Shown here: positions 51,924 through 61,979 of the stretch, piece after piece
How the letters are laid out: every line of letters starts with the position of its first letter
Position numbering within the stretch: the first letter of the stretch is position 1
Assembly (NCBI GenBank): GCA_965219685.1
Contig: CBDCOH010000002.1
Location: 1,056,001-1,120,000 of the forward strand
DNA: 64,000 nt
Source of the DNA: Candidatus Spongiisociaceae bacterium
GTDB lineage: Bacteria; Actinomycetota; Acidimicrobiia; Spongiisociales; Spongiisociaceae
Direction: 5' to 3'
Notes under the pieces: generated by a model
What the model was told of the DNA's origin: nothing
Database searches by the model: none
The model's input: only the letters and a program-made list of their open reading frames with translations
Made by a program: the position numbers and the translations under genes

Positions 51924-52098
51924 TCCTTCTCCTTGATCGCCCGGCAAGGGTATACGGATAGATGATTCTACCGAAGTAACGTTGCGCACTCCGCAGTTTT
52001 TTGACAAAATGTAAAGCGAGTGGTCGCAGACCGACCACCACACCGAGCTTCCGGCTGATGTTCGATCAGTAGGGAGCCTGATTCGGTTGGAGGACGCC

Positions 52099-54681
52099 AT
52101 GACCCTGATCGCCCACAGGACGATAGGTTTCAGGCTCAACGGACGTGATGTCTCTGTTCGGGCCGACCACCCCCACCTGCTGTCAGCGCTCCGCGAGGAA
52201 CTCGACATCACCTCGGCCAAGGACGGCTGTGCTCCGTCAGGTCAGTGCGGATGCTGCACGGTCCTGGTCAACGGCCGGGCTTTCGTGGCCTGCGTCCTGG
52301 CCCTTGAGAAGGTGGCGGGCAAGGAGGTCGTCACCCTCGAAGGATTCGACCCGGTCGAACGTGACCGTCTGGCCTCCGCCTTCGCAGTCACCGGCGCACT
52401 CCAGTGCGGCTTCTGCACGCCGGGGATCCTCGTCAGGACCAAGGCGCTGATCGACCAGAAGGGTTCCCGGCTCAACAAGCGGGTCACAGCCGGGAGGTTG
52501 GGAGCGCACCTCTGCCGCTGCACCGGTTACACGAAGATCTTCGACGCGATCGACATGCTGGCCTCCGGCGAGATCCCGCCGCTGGAGACGTCGGGCGGGA
52601 TCGGCAAGTCGGGTATCAAGTACGAGGCGTTGGAGCTGGCCCTGGGAGACCGCGACTACATCGACGACATCCGCTTCGACGGCATACTCCACGGGGCATT
52701 GCGGCTCACCGACCACGCCCGAGCCGACGTGGTGAGGATCGACACCGGTCCGGCGGAGGCCATTCCGGGCGTGCATGCCGTGTTCACCGCGGCCGATGTG
52801 CCCGGGGAGTTGCGGGTGGGCCTCATCCACAAGGACTGGCCGGTGCTGATTCCGGAGGGTGGGCGTACCTCCTACTACGGGGACGTTCTGGCCATCGTCG
52901 TCGCCGACGACAGGCTGGCGGCCCGCGAGGCGGCCGCGGCCATCGAGATCGAGTACCGCGTGCTGAAGCCGTTCACCGATCCGGCCGAGGCGGTGGCCTC
53001 CTCGGAGGACGCGGTGTGGGGCCTGGAAGGAAACGTCCTGTCCGTTTCCAAGTACCGGCGGGGGGACTTCGAGTCCGCATACGAGGCGTCGCCCCACAAG
53101 CTGCATGAGACGTTCGTCACCCAGCGGGTCGAGCACGCCTTCCTGGAGCCCGAGTCGACGCTGGTGGTTCCGGCGGGGAATGGGCGGTTGATGCTCTACT
53201 CCGGTGGCCAGGGGGTATGGGACGACCGCGACCAGGTGGCCTCGGTGCTGGGAGTCGAACCCTCGCAGATCACCGTGGAGCTCATCTCGAACGGGGGCGC
53301 CTTCGGCGGCAAGGAGGACATGGCCAACCAGGCGCAGACGGCCCTCGCCGCCCACCTGCTCGGTCGCCCCGTCAAGTGCACACTGTCGAGGGAGGAGTCC
53401 CTCCGCATCCACTCCAAGCGCCACCCCATCCGCATCGAGCTGTGGGCGGGCTGCGACAGCGACGGCAAGTTCACCGCCCTCAAGGCCCGCATGCTGGGCG
53501 ACTCGGGTCCCTACGCCTCTGTGGGTATGAAGGTCCTCGAGCGGGCCGCGGGGCATGCCAGCGGTCCCTACGTGGTGCCCAACATCGACGTGAAGGCCGT
53601 TGCGGCCCGCACCAACAACCCGGTGTGCGGCGCGTTCCGGGGCTTCGGCGCCAACCAGGCCCAGTTCGCCATGGAGGGAGTGATAGACCGCCTTGCAGAG
53701 CAGGTCGGGATCTCGGGCTGGGAGATGCGGAGTCGCAACGTCATCGAACCCGGGGTCGTCTGGGGTCCGGGCCAGGTGATGGACGAAGGCTGCCGGGGCG
53801 CCCGCGAGTCGCTCAACGCGGTCAAGCCTCATTACGACGCGGCCCGGGCCGCGGGCAAGGCCGTAGGGGTCGGACTGGGTCTCAAGAACAGCGGTCTGGG
53901 GAACGGCTTCAAGGAGGTGGCGCGCGCGGTGGTCCGCTTCACACGGGACGGGGCCGTCGAGGTGCGGCACTGCTGGACCGAGATGGGTCAGGGCATCCAT
54001 ACCGTGGCCCAACAGGTGGCGGCCGAGGAGTTGGGCATCGATCCCAAGCGGATCAGGGTGATCGTCGACACCAGCCGCGAACTCGGGGCCGGGCAGACCA
54101 CCGGCTCCCGGGGCACGCTGATGGGGGCGGGAGCGGTACAGGCCGCCAGCCGCGCCGCTGACGCCGGCGGGAGACTTCCCGATGTCGACTACCACGGCGA
54201 ATACCGGATCGACTGGACCAACTCGCTCAAGGAGGGTCTGGCGAACCCGACGATCCACTCCGCCTTCGGCTATGCGTCCCAGCTGGTCATAGCCGACAAG
54301 GCGACCGGGAAGATCGAGCGGGTGGTGGCCGCCCACGACGTGGGCCGGGCCATGCACCCGGTGTTGTGCGAGGGCCAGATCGAAGGCTCGGTCCACATGG
54401 GCCTCGGCTATGCACTGACCGAGGACTTCCCGGCCGACGACCAAGCCCGCCCCACCAACATGACGCTGCGCAGCCTGGGGATCATCCGCCCCAAGGACAT
54501 GCCGTACGTGGACGTGATCCTGGTCGAGGTCCCCCAGCCTCGCGCCCCCTACGGCATCAAGGGGGTCGGTGAGATTGGGCTGGTCCCGACCGCCGGGGCG
54601 GTGGCGGCTGCACTGCACGAGGTGGACGGGCAATGGCGGAATCGCCTTCCCATGGGTGTCCACCAGCCGGTCACCAAGTGA
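52099..54681 (+). CDS. Molybdenum hydroxylase, xanthine dehydrogenase family (2x[2Fe-2S] + Moco domains fused)
   Basis: GCAPSGQCGCC, QCGFCTPG, LCRCTGY, EHAFLEPE, GGAFGGKE, GAFRGFG, EMGQG, KGVGE. Confidence 0.93.
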   Translation: MTLIAHRTIGFRLNGRDVSVRADHPHLLSALREELDITSAKDGCAPSGQCGCCTVLVNGRAFVACVLALEKVAGKEVVTLEGFDPVERDRLASAFAVTGALQCGFCTPGILVRTKALIDQKGSRLNKRVTAGRLGAHLCRCTGYTKIFDAIDMLASGEIPPLETSGGIGKSGIKYEALELALGDRDYIDDIRFDGILHGALRLTDHARADVVRIDTGPAEAIPGVHAVFTAADVPGELRVGLIHKDWPVLIPEGGRTSYYGDVLAIVVADDRLAAREAAAAIEIEYRVLKPFTDPAEAVASSEDAVWGLEGNVLSVSKYRRGDFESAYEASPHKLHETFVTQRVEHAFLEPESTLVVPAGNGRLMLYSGGQGVWDDRDQVASVLGVEPSQITVELISNGGAFGGKEDMANQAQTALAAHLLGRPVKCTLSREESLRIHSKRHPIRIELWAGCDSDGKFTALKARMLGDSGPYASVGMKVLERAAGHASGPYVVPNIDVKAVAARTNNPVCGAFRGFGANQAQFAMEGVIDRLAEQVGISGWEMRSRNVIEPGVVWGPGQVMDEGCRGARESLNAVKPHYDAARAAGKAVGVGLGLKNSGLGNGFKEVARAVVRFTRDGAVEVRHCWTEMGQGIHTVAQQVAAEELGIDPKRIRVIVDTSRELGAGQTTGSRGTLMGAGAVQAASRAADAGGRLPDVDYHGEYRIDWTNSLKEGLANPTIHSAFGYASQLVIADKATGKIERVVAAHDVGRAMHPVLCEGQIEGSVHMGLGYALTEDFPADDQARPTNMTLRSLGIIRPKDMPYVDVILVEVPQPRAPYGIKGVGEIGLVPTAGAVAAALHEVDGQWRNRLPMGVHQPVTK

Positions 54682-55697
54682 ACACCACAGCTGGTCTCGT
54701 CTGTGCCCATCATCACCTCTACTCCGCGCTGGCGCGCGGGATGCCCGCTCCCCCTCAGGTGCCCACCACATTCCAGGGCATCCTCGACCAGGTCTGGTGG
54801 CGGCTCGACACCGCCCTCGACCTCGAGATGATCCGCTGGTCGGCCATGCTGGGCGCCCTCGAGGCGCTCGAGTCGGGCACCACCGGGATCGTGGACCACC
54901 ACGAGTCACCCAACGCCATCGAAGGCAGCCTGTCGGTGATCGCCGACGCCTGCGCCGAGGTGGGCGTCCGGGTACGGCCTTGCTATGGCGTGACCGACCG
55001 GCACGGACCGGACGGGGCCCGCCGCGGTCTCGAGGAGAACCGCCGCTTCCTGTCGGAGGGCGGGGAGGGAATGGTGGGGATCCACGCTGCGTTCACATGC
55101 GAGCAGGGGACCCTCGAGGAAGCCGCGGCCCTCGCCGATGAACTCGACGCCGGCGTGCATGTCCATGTCGCCGAGGGACCGGAGGATGAGGCGGGACCCG
55201 AGCGACTCGACGGTCTCACGCGGGACGAGTGGCTGCTCGCCCACGGAGTTCACCTCGCCACGGACCACGGTCTGAGTGGGACCATTCTCCACAATCCGCG
55301 GTCCAACCTCAACAACTCGGTCGGGTACGCCGACCCGGCCCGCTTCTCCAACCGGATCGCGCTCGGAACCGACGGGATCGGCGCCAACATGATCGAGTCC
55401 TTCCGCCTCGCCTACGTGATGCACCGGTCGGTCGACGTGGCCGCTACCCCCGAGACTGCATGGAGTTGGATGGAGAACGGATGGGATCTGATCCCCGAAT
55501 GCCGTAACGACCTGGTCACGTGGAGCTACGACCCGATGGATCCCTGGCACGTGGCGTTCACGTCCGGGATCCGGCCCCTGGGGGTAGAGGTGGACGGTGA
55601 GGTGATGTTCAAAAACGGCTCACCCACCAGGGTGGACGCCGCCGAGGTTCGCGCCAAGGCGCGCGAGCAGGCGACCCGGCTGCATGCCAGGCTTTGA
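54678..55697 (+). CDS. SsnA-like amidohydrolase
   Basis: CAHHHLYSALARG, DHHES, HVHVAEG, AHGVH, HNPRSN, LGTDG. Confidence 0.88.
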   Translation: MNTTAGLVCAHHHLYSALARGMPAPPQVPTTFQGILDQVWWRLDTALDLEMIRWSAMLGALEALESGTTGIVDHHESPNAIEGSLSVIADACAEVGVRVRPCYGVTDRHGPDGARRGLEENRRFLSEGGEGMVGIHAAFTCEQGTLEEAAALADELDAGVHVHVAEGPEDEAGPERLDGLTRDEWLLAHGVHLATDHGLSGTILHNPRSNLNNSVGYADPARFSNRIALGTDGIGANMIESFRLAYVMHRSVDVAATPETAWSWMENGWDLIPECRNDLVTWSYDPMDPWHVAFTSGIRPLGVEVDGEVMFKNGSPTRVDAAEVRAKAREQATRLHARL

Positions 55698-55719
55698 CTA
55701 CGTGGTTTAGGAGGGTGCG

Positions 55720-57510
55720 ATGACAGCTCCGAATGGAGTCCACGAACCGCTCACGCCTTTCGGTCTCTCCGACCTGCTCGACCGGATCGCCTACGAATGG
55801 GACTCGCGTCGCCGCATCTTCGACCTGCCCATCGCCCGCTTCTTCAACGTGTCCGAGGGTCCCGACATCTCGATCGACTTCCTGGGACGACCCGCCGCCA
55901 CGCCGGTGGGGCCGGCTGCCGGACCGCACAGCCAGATGGCGCAGAACATCATCCTGTCGTGGCTCGGCGGGGGCCGGCTGATGGAACTCAAGACGGTGCA
56001 GATCCTCGACGAACTGGAGATCGGGCGACCCTGCATCGACATGGAGACCATCGGCTACAACATCGAGTGGAGCCAGGAACTGAAGATCCCCCAGTCGCTC
56101 GAGGAATATGTCAAGGCCTGGATGATGCTCGAGATCATGCGCAACTGGGAGGAACTCACCCCTTACATCGGCAGCGATCCGGGTCCGTGCATCTTCGACC
56201 TGTCGGTCGGGTACGACCTGGCGGGAATCTCGACCGACCAGGTGGCCTGGTTCATCGACTCGATGATGGACGCCACCGAGGAGATCGAGCGTCTCCGGCC
56301 CGAGATTGACGGGAAGTTCACCCGGTTCCGCGACCTGGAGTTCCCGTCCCGCATCGCCGACACCGTGACCCTGTCGACGTTCCACGGCTGCCCACCCGAT
56401 GAGATCGAGTCGATCACAAAGCACCTGATCACCCGCCACGGGCTGGACGTGATCGTGAAGCTCAACCCCACCCTGCTCGGGTTCGAGCGGGTCAAGGAGA
56501 TCGTGCAGCAGACCCTGGGGTACGAGTCCACGGTGCTGCGCCGAGCGGACTTCGACAACGACCTCCAGTTCGACAGAGGCCTCGAGTTGATCGGCGAACT
56601 GCAGCGCTTTGCCGAAGACCACGGGCGCCGGTTCGGTGTCAAGCTCACCAACACCCTGGTCGTCGAGAACACCAAGGGGTTCATGCCCGATGAGACCATG
56701 TACCTGTCGGGGCCGCCGCTGCATGTCGTGTCCACCACGCTCTTGGGCGAGTTGCACAAGGCCCTGCCGGGGAGGCTGCGGATCGACGGTCAGGACGGCC
56801 CGGTGCAGGTGTCGTTCTCGGCAGGTATCACCAAGGAGAACCTCCCGGATGCAGCCGCGCTCGGGCTGGCACCGTTGACGATCTGCTCGGACCTCCTGAA
56901 GCCGGGCGGGTACGGGCGCATCAAGCCGATGCTGAAGGCACTGCAGAAGGTGATGGTCGGTGCAGGTTCGGGATCCCTGTCCGATTGGCAGGCCCATCGG
57001 GGCGCGCTGTCGAACGGGAGAGGAGCGGTGGCCGCCTACATAGCCCGGCTCCACGACCCGGCCACCAACGGGCGCTACACCCTGGAGGGCAACTCGAAGC
57101 TGCCCAGGGCCGTGGACCACGACCTGCAGATGTGGGGATGCGTGGCATGCAACTTCTGCGTCACCGTCTGTCCCAACGACGCCTTCTTCCGGATACCCAC
57201 CCCGCCCGAACTCGACGCGGTGGGCCTGCAGCAGTACCTGGTGTTGGCCGAGTTGTGCAACGAGTGCGGCAACTGCATGGTGTTCTGCCCCGAAGCGGGC
57301 GACCCGGCCGTCATCAAGCCCCGGCTCTACATGACCGAGCACCGCTTCCAGCAGGAGACCGAGCAGGCATTCCTGGTCCACCAGGATCCGGACGGCTACT
57401 GGGTACAGCCCAACGCCGAGGGCGCCCAGTGGACCGGCGACCTGCTCCTCCTGCTGAACGGCGCCGAGGGCTTCGTGCTGCCCCCGTCCACAAAGCCGGT
57501 CAGGAAGTAG
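55720..57510 (+). CDS. YgfK-like protein (DHOD/DPD-like barrel + C-terminal ferredoxin), shortened
   Basis: GPAAGPHSQMAQNI, ELKTVQ, YNIEWSQE, STFHGCPPDEIE, KLNPTLLG, GVKLTNT, MYLSG, CVACNFCVTVCPN, CNECGNC..FCP. Confidence 0.88.
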   Translation: MTAPNGVHEPLTPFGLSDLLDRIAYEWDSRRRIFDLPIARFFNVSEGPDISIDFLGRPAATPVGPAAGPHSQMAQNIILSWLGGGRLMELKTVQILDELEIGRPCIDMETIGYNIEWSQELKIPQSLEEYVKAWMMLEIMRNWEELTPYIGSDPGPCIFDLSVGYDLAGISTDQVAWFIDSMMDATEEIERLRPEIDGKFTRFRDLEFPSRIADTVTLSTFHGCPPDEIESITKHLITRHGLDVIVKLNPTLLGFERVKEIVQQTLGYESTVLRRADFDNDLQFDRGLELIGELQRFAEDHGRRFGVKLTNTLVVENTKGFMPDETMYLSGPPLHVVSTTLLGELHKALPGRLRIDGQDGPVQVSFSAGITKENLPDAAALGLAPLTICSDLLKPGGYGRIKPMLKALQKVMVGAGSGSLSDWQAHRGALSNGRGAVAAYIARLHDPATNGRYTLEGNSKLPRAVDHDLQMWGCVACNFCVTVCPNDAFFRIPTPPELDAVGLQQYLVLAELCNECGNCMVFCPEAGDPAVIKPRLYMTEHRFQQETEQAFLVHQDPDGYWVQPNAEGAQWTGDLLLLLNGAEGFVLPPSTKPVRK

Positions 57511-57548
57511 GAACCCGTCCCGGTTCGTAGCGGCAGAGGGAGTGACCG

Positions 57549-58001
57549 ATGAGCCACACGATGGAGGATGTACGCCGCTTCGTCGGCGCTGACCACGGCC
57601 TGTCGGTGGTCTCTTTCGGGCGTCCTGACCAGTCCGTCCATTCCACCGTTGTCAACGCAGGTGTGATGGACCACCCGGTGACCTGCGAGGAAGTGGTGGC
57701 CCTGGTGGTGAGGGGTAACACCGTCAAGCTCCGCCACTGGCGCCACACGCCGCGGGCCGGCATCGTCTTCCGGTCCGGTTGGTTCTGGGCGGGCGTAGAG
57801 GGAACTACCAGCATCATCGGCCCGGATGATCCGTTCGAAGGGTTCGAGCCGTCAGCAGTGCCGCAGTTGCTCCGCGACGTGTTCACGGCCGCCGGGGGGA
57901 CCCACGAGGACTGGGACGAGTACGACCGCGTCATGGCGGCCGAGCGCCGGGCCGCGGTCTTCATCCACCCGACCCGCATCACCGGAGTCGGCCGACCCTG
58001 A
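57549..58001 (+). CDS. PPOX-class F420-dependent (pyridoxamine 5'-phosphate oxidase-like) protein
   Basis: VVNAGV, WAGVEG, LLRDVFTAAGGTHEDWDEYDRVMAAERR. Confidence 0.88.
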   Translation: MSHTMEDVRRFVGADHGLSVVSFGRPDQSVHSTVVNAGVMDHPVTCEEVVALVVRGNTVKLRHWRHTPRAGIVFRSGWFWAGVEGTTSIIGPDDPFEGFEPSAVPQLLRDVFTAAGGTHEDWDEYDRVMAAERRAAVFIHPTRITGVGRP

Positions 58002-58053
58002 ACCAAAGACCGGGAGTAGGCCAGGCGCTCACGAGGCTGTCGACCAACCGCGG

Positions 58054-58857
58054 CTAGGGCGGTGTTTCTCCGAATCTCTCGAACCGCCCCATGGCATCGG
58101 CATGGGCTGCAAGCGCCGCCTCATCGAAGTCGGCCCGGGGTCGGGGCTCGAGGTCGAAGTTCCCGTACTCGTCGATTCCTCGCACGAGCATGGCCGACTC
58201 GCGGACCCCCTCGGTCTGCCGCACATGGGTCGGTAGGTACCTGAATGCGATGCCGATGCGGCGGTCCGATGATGCGTTCGGCCGGGATCCGTGGACTACC
58301 AGGACATGGTGGAGCGAGGCTTCCCCGGCGGACAGCCTGAGATCGACTCCCTCGCTCTCGTCGACTTCGACCATCACCTCCTGTCCTCGAGAGAGCAGGT
58401 TGTCTTCTCCGAAGGTGTCGTGATGTGAAACCTGGCCCTGCAGGTGGCTCTCGGGCACGACGCGGACACACCCGTTCTGGTCGGTGCTGTCGGTAAGTCC
58501 CAGCCAGGCTGTGACGACCTCCGGAGGTTCGAGCCCCCAGTAGGTCGAGTCCTGGTGCCACGACACGAAGCCCGGGTCGTGAGGTTCCTTGATGAAGAAG
58601 TCGGTCGACCAGCACAGGATGTTGGGTCCGATGACTGCTTCGACAGCATCCAGGATCCGCGGATGTCGGATCAGCCCGTCGAGCCAGGTCCAAACCAGGT
58701 AGGTCTTGAAGCGGTATCTATCGGGCAACCCCTGGTGCTCGGCCTCGAAGGCCTCCAGGCGCCGGCGGCACTCTCGGGCTTCATCGGCCGAAAGGACCGG
58801 GACCGGGAAGTAGTAGCCATCGCGCCGGTAGGACTCGCTTATGCTGCTGTCGGACAT
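58054..58857 (-). CDS. Phytanoyl-CoA dioxygenase (PhyH) family protein
   Basis: FFIKEP..VSWHQDSTYW, NGCVRVVPESH, HGSRPN..RRIG. Confidence 0.92.
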   Translation of the reverse strand: MSDSSISESYRRDGYYFPVPVLSADEARECRRRLEAFEAEHQGLPDRYRFKTYLVWTWLDGLIRHPRILDAVEAVIGPNILCWSTDFFIKEPHDPGFVSWHQDSTYWGLEPPEVVTAWLGLTDSTDQNGCVRVVPESHLQGQVSHHDTFGEDNLLSRGQEVMVEVDESEGVDLRLSAGEASLHHVLVVHGSRPNASSDRRIGIAFRYLPTHVRQTEGVRESAMLVRGIDEYGNFDLEPRPRADFDEAALAAHADAMGRFERFGETPP

Positions 58858-59028
58858 GGTCGATGCTCTCCCCTGTCGAACCCTAGCCGGGTGAGCAGGC
58901 TGCTCCGATCGTCCGCAGGCGGATGTGGCCGCGCTGATGAACCGGTTCGCCCGGGAGCCGGGAAGTGCCGATCCGCGTTCATATCTGTCGTGGAGGACTT
59001 CGGCGTTTCCGGGCCGATGCCTAGAAGG

Positions 59029-59895
59029 TCAGACTTCGAGAGTGAGGGCAAGCTCTGCCCGCGCCTCCTCGGTGGTCGGCAACAGCGGGGCTCGGGCGCG
59101 TCCGGCGCGCAGTCCTGCCATCTCCGCAGCCGCCTTGACGCCCGGGATCCCGTGGCGCGCCACCCCGTCATTCGCGGCCGTCAGGCGATGCTGCATCCCC
59201 ATGTCGCCCGGAGGATTCTCCAGCGCGGCTGCCACCACCTCCAGGCTCAGCCGGGGCACGTAGTTGACGGCTGCCAGGATGGCGCCATGGGCTCCCGCGG
59301 CAAGGCTGAGGGTCACCGCCGGGGCCGCTCCGTTGTAGAGGGCGAAGTCGTCCGGTAGCCCGGCCAGCATCCGCTGGACGCGGATGGTGTCTCCACTCGA
59401 GTCCTTCATCCCCACCACGTTCGGGTGTTGGGCCAGTTCCCACACCGTCTCGAGCGGCATGGAGTAGGCGGTCACTATCGGCACTGAATAGAGGAAGACC
59501 TGAAGCGGCGACTCATCCGCGACCTCCCGGAAGAAGGCAGTCACGAAGTTGGTGCGGTTGCGGGAGAGGGTGGTGGGGGTCAGCACGAGTACTGCGTCGG
59601 CACCGCCCTCGGCCGCTTCCGCGATCTGGCTTGCAGCGATCCGGTTTGTCTCTGCATTGATCCCGCACAGTAGGAAGGCGTCATCGCCCCCAGCCTCTCG
59701 TGAGGCCGCAGCCAGCCGCCGGCGTTCTCCCGGCTCTAACAGGGGACCCTCACCGGTGGAACCGGCCAGCACGAATCCCTCGTATCCCAGTTCGCCCAGG
59801 AAGGCCACGTTGTGGCGGTGGGCATTGAGATCGAGGTCCTGGCGGTCGTCGAAGGGTGTGATGATGGCGGGCATAGCCCTTGGGAATGGCTTCAT
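59029..59895 (-). CDS. Dihydrodipicolinate synthase/HOGA-family aldolase
   Basis: ITPF, GSTGE, LYSVP, GMKDSSGD. Confidence 0.9.
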   Translation of the reverse strand: MKPFPRAMPAIITPFDDRQDLDLNAHRHNVAFLGELGYEGFVLAGSTGEGPLLEPGERRRLAAASREAGGDDAFLLCGINAETNRIAASQIAEAAEGGADAVLVLTPTTLSRNRTNFVTAFFREVADESPLQVFLYSVPIVTAYSMPLETVWELAQHPNVVGMKDSSGDTIRVQRMLAGLPDDFALYNGAAPAVTLSLAAGAHGAILAAVNYVPRLSLEVVAAALENPPGDMGMQHRLTAANDGVARHGIPGVKAAAEMAGLRAGRARAPLLPTTEEARAELALTLEV

Positions 59896-60168
59896 GAGGC
59901 CCGGATCATAGTTCCCCGATAGCGGTGGCCGTTGCTGGCCCGGTCGATGATCGGGGGAGCAAGCGGGATGGCTCTCCCGGGAGCCTTACCATCCTCGGCT
60001 GGCGGTACCACCACGCAGCCCACCAAGGCAAGCGCATCGACCCCGACTCCCGCAGCGCCTACGATTCCCACGAACCAGGCGAACCATTTCGAGACCGAGC
60101 GCTGGCGAGCCCATAGCCCCGTTAGTTATTCTCTCGCGCTTTGGATTGCCCTCGCCTGGAAAGTTCTT

Positions 60169-60194
60169 CTTTAGATTATCATGATAATCTAAAG
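60169..60194. promoter_or_regulatory. Perfect 26-bp palindrome CTTTAGATTATCATGATAATCTAAAG
   Basis: Checked base by base as self-complementary; ends 3 nt before ATG 60198. Confidence 0.85.
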
Positions 60195-60197
60195 CTA

Positions 60198-61349
60198 ATG
60201 TTTCGACGGTTACTATCGTTACCGCTGGCCGGCAGGGAGACCTTCTTCCTCTGGGGTCCGCGTCAGGTGGGCAAGACCACGCTGCTCAGGGAGTGTTATC
60301 CCGACGGCGTTTGGGTCGACCTGCTCAAGGCCGACGAGTTCCGCCGCTATACGGCGCGTCCCGAACTGCTGCGCCAGGAACTCGAGGCGGTGGGTCCGGA
60401 CCCGTCCCGGCAGGTGGTCATCGACGAGGTCCAGAAGGTCCCCGCACTACTCGACGAGGTGCACTGGCTGATCGAGAACCGGGGGCTGTGCTTCGCGCTG
60501 TGCGGTTCGAGCGCGCGCAAGGTGCGGCGCGGCGGCGCCAACCTGTTGGGCGGGCGCGCCCTGCGCTACGACCTGCGGGGCCTCACCTCAGGGGAGATCG
60601 GGGAGGCATTCGACCTCGACCGGGCGCTCAACCACGGCTACCTGCCCAGGATGTACCAGTCCGCCCGGCCCAGGCATCTGCTCGATGCCTATATCGGCGA
60701 CTACCTTCGTCAGGAGATCGCCGCCGAGGGCCTGGTGCGGAACCTGCCCGCCTTCTCGGACTTCCTCGACGCCGCCGCCCTGAGCGACGGTGACCCCGTC
60801 AACTACTCGAACATCGCCCGCGACTGCGGTGTGTCCGGACCCACGGCCAAGGCGTACTTCGGCATTCTTGAGGACACGTTGCTGGCCCGCCGGCTGCCGC
60901 GGTGGCGGAAGCGGGCGAAGCGCCGCCTCGCGGGGGCGCCGAAGCTCTACTTCGCGGATGTGGGTATCGTCAACCGTCTGGCCCGCCGTGGCCGGCTCGA
61001 ACGGGGCTCGGACCGGTACGGCAAAGCGTTCGAGAACTGGGTCTTCCACGAACTCTTCTCGTACGTCGCATACCGCGACCTCGACGAGGAACTGTCTTAC
61101 TGGAGGCTTCCCAGCGGCATCGAGGTCGACTTCGTGATCGGCGACATGCGGCTGGCGATCGAGGCGAAGGCGAGTGCCCGGATCAGCAGCCATCACCTCA
61201 AAGGGCTCCGCATCCTGGCGGAGGAGCATCCCGGCGTCCGCAGGATCATGGTTTGCCTCGAACCCCGCCCGCGCCGCACCGACGACGGCATCGACATCAT
61301 CCCGGCAACCGACTTCGCCCACCGCCTCTGGCAAGACGACCTCGCCTGA
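60198..61349 (+). CDS. AAA_14 ATPase with DUF4143 C-terminus
   Basis: GPRQVGKTT, IDEVQK, CGSSARK, KLYFADVG, FENWV, EVDFV..AIEAK. Confidence 0.92.
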   Translation: MFRRLLSLPLAGRETFFLWGPRQVGKTTLLRECYPDGVWVDLLKADEFRRYTARPELLRQELEAVGPDPSRQVVIDEVQKVPALLDEVHWLIENRGLCFALCGSSARKVRRGGANLLGGRALRYDLRGLTSGEIGEAFDLDRALNHGYLPRMYQSARPRHLLDAYIGDYLRQEIAAEGLVRNLPAFSDFLDAAALSDGDPVNYSNIARDCGVSGPTAKAYFGILEDTLLARRLPRWRKRAKRRLAGAPKLYFADVGIVNRLARRGRLERGSDRYGKAFENWVFHELFSYVAYRDLDEELSYWRLPSGIEVDFVIGDMRLAIEAKASARISSHHLKGLRILAEEHPGVRRIMVCLEPRPRRTDDGIDIIPATDFAHRLWQDDLA

Positions 61350-61403
61350 GACACGCCGAAACGAACCGGGAGCGGCAACCGCGATGTCTCGGCATTGCGA
61401 ACG

Positions 61404-61870
61404 TTACGGCCAGCGGTGAACTCTCGGGCCAACCGGCGCGAGCACGGCAGGCAGCTTCGCGAGATCGTCTGGATCGCCCGTCAGAGTGTTGCCGTCCCGC
61501 AGCCGGAGGGCGAGTTGGACGAGATGACCGTCTGCGACATCCGATGAATGAGAGAGAGCCAGGAGCCGATCGACCGACGGACCGTCATCAAGCGAGTGCA
61601 CCGTCACTGTCTTGAGCAGCGCGGTCAGGCGGCCCTGCCGGGACCCATCCCGCCACACCTGGGGCTACTACCGGATGGCTGGCATGCAGCCCAGTACCTG
61701 AGCGAGCGACCGCGGTGAGATGAAGCGTATGGATTCGTCGCCGCGGCCGACCGATGTCAACACCCAGCGTCGAGGATCACAGTCCGTACGCCGCGCCATT
61801 GCTGCTAGCGCTTCCTCCTTCACCGGACCAGCTTCGGCGTGCGAAGCCTCGAGAAGGACTCGAGGGGCGA
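61404..61870 (-). pseudogene. Decayed VapBC-type TA pair
   Basis: Antitoxin tail HAEAGPVKEEALAA; toxin pieces (M)ILDAG/VL..RGDE, QVWRDGSRQGRL and LTGDPDDL lie in different frames. Confidence 0.65.
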
Positions 61871-61979
61871 CGCGTCGCGGCCGGTCAGCCGCCAGTGATC
61901 TCAGAGCCTGGCGGATGGCGTGCGACTTGCCCCCGAACAGCGGTGCGAACCCGTCGAGGATCTACTTGTTGTGGGCATC

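Noticed and set aside
52099-54681. Selenocysteine recoding in the Xdh-like gene
   Set aside because: No in-frame TGA; any selenium dependence would be cofactor-based and cannot be shown from this window.
52237-54909. Long antisense or alternative-frame ORFs (also 3934-5823, 30555-32453, 55609-57381 and most of 29590-31941)
   Set aside because: Shadow ORFs typical of high-GC DNA, overlapping well-supported genes and lacking motifs.
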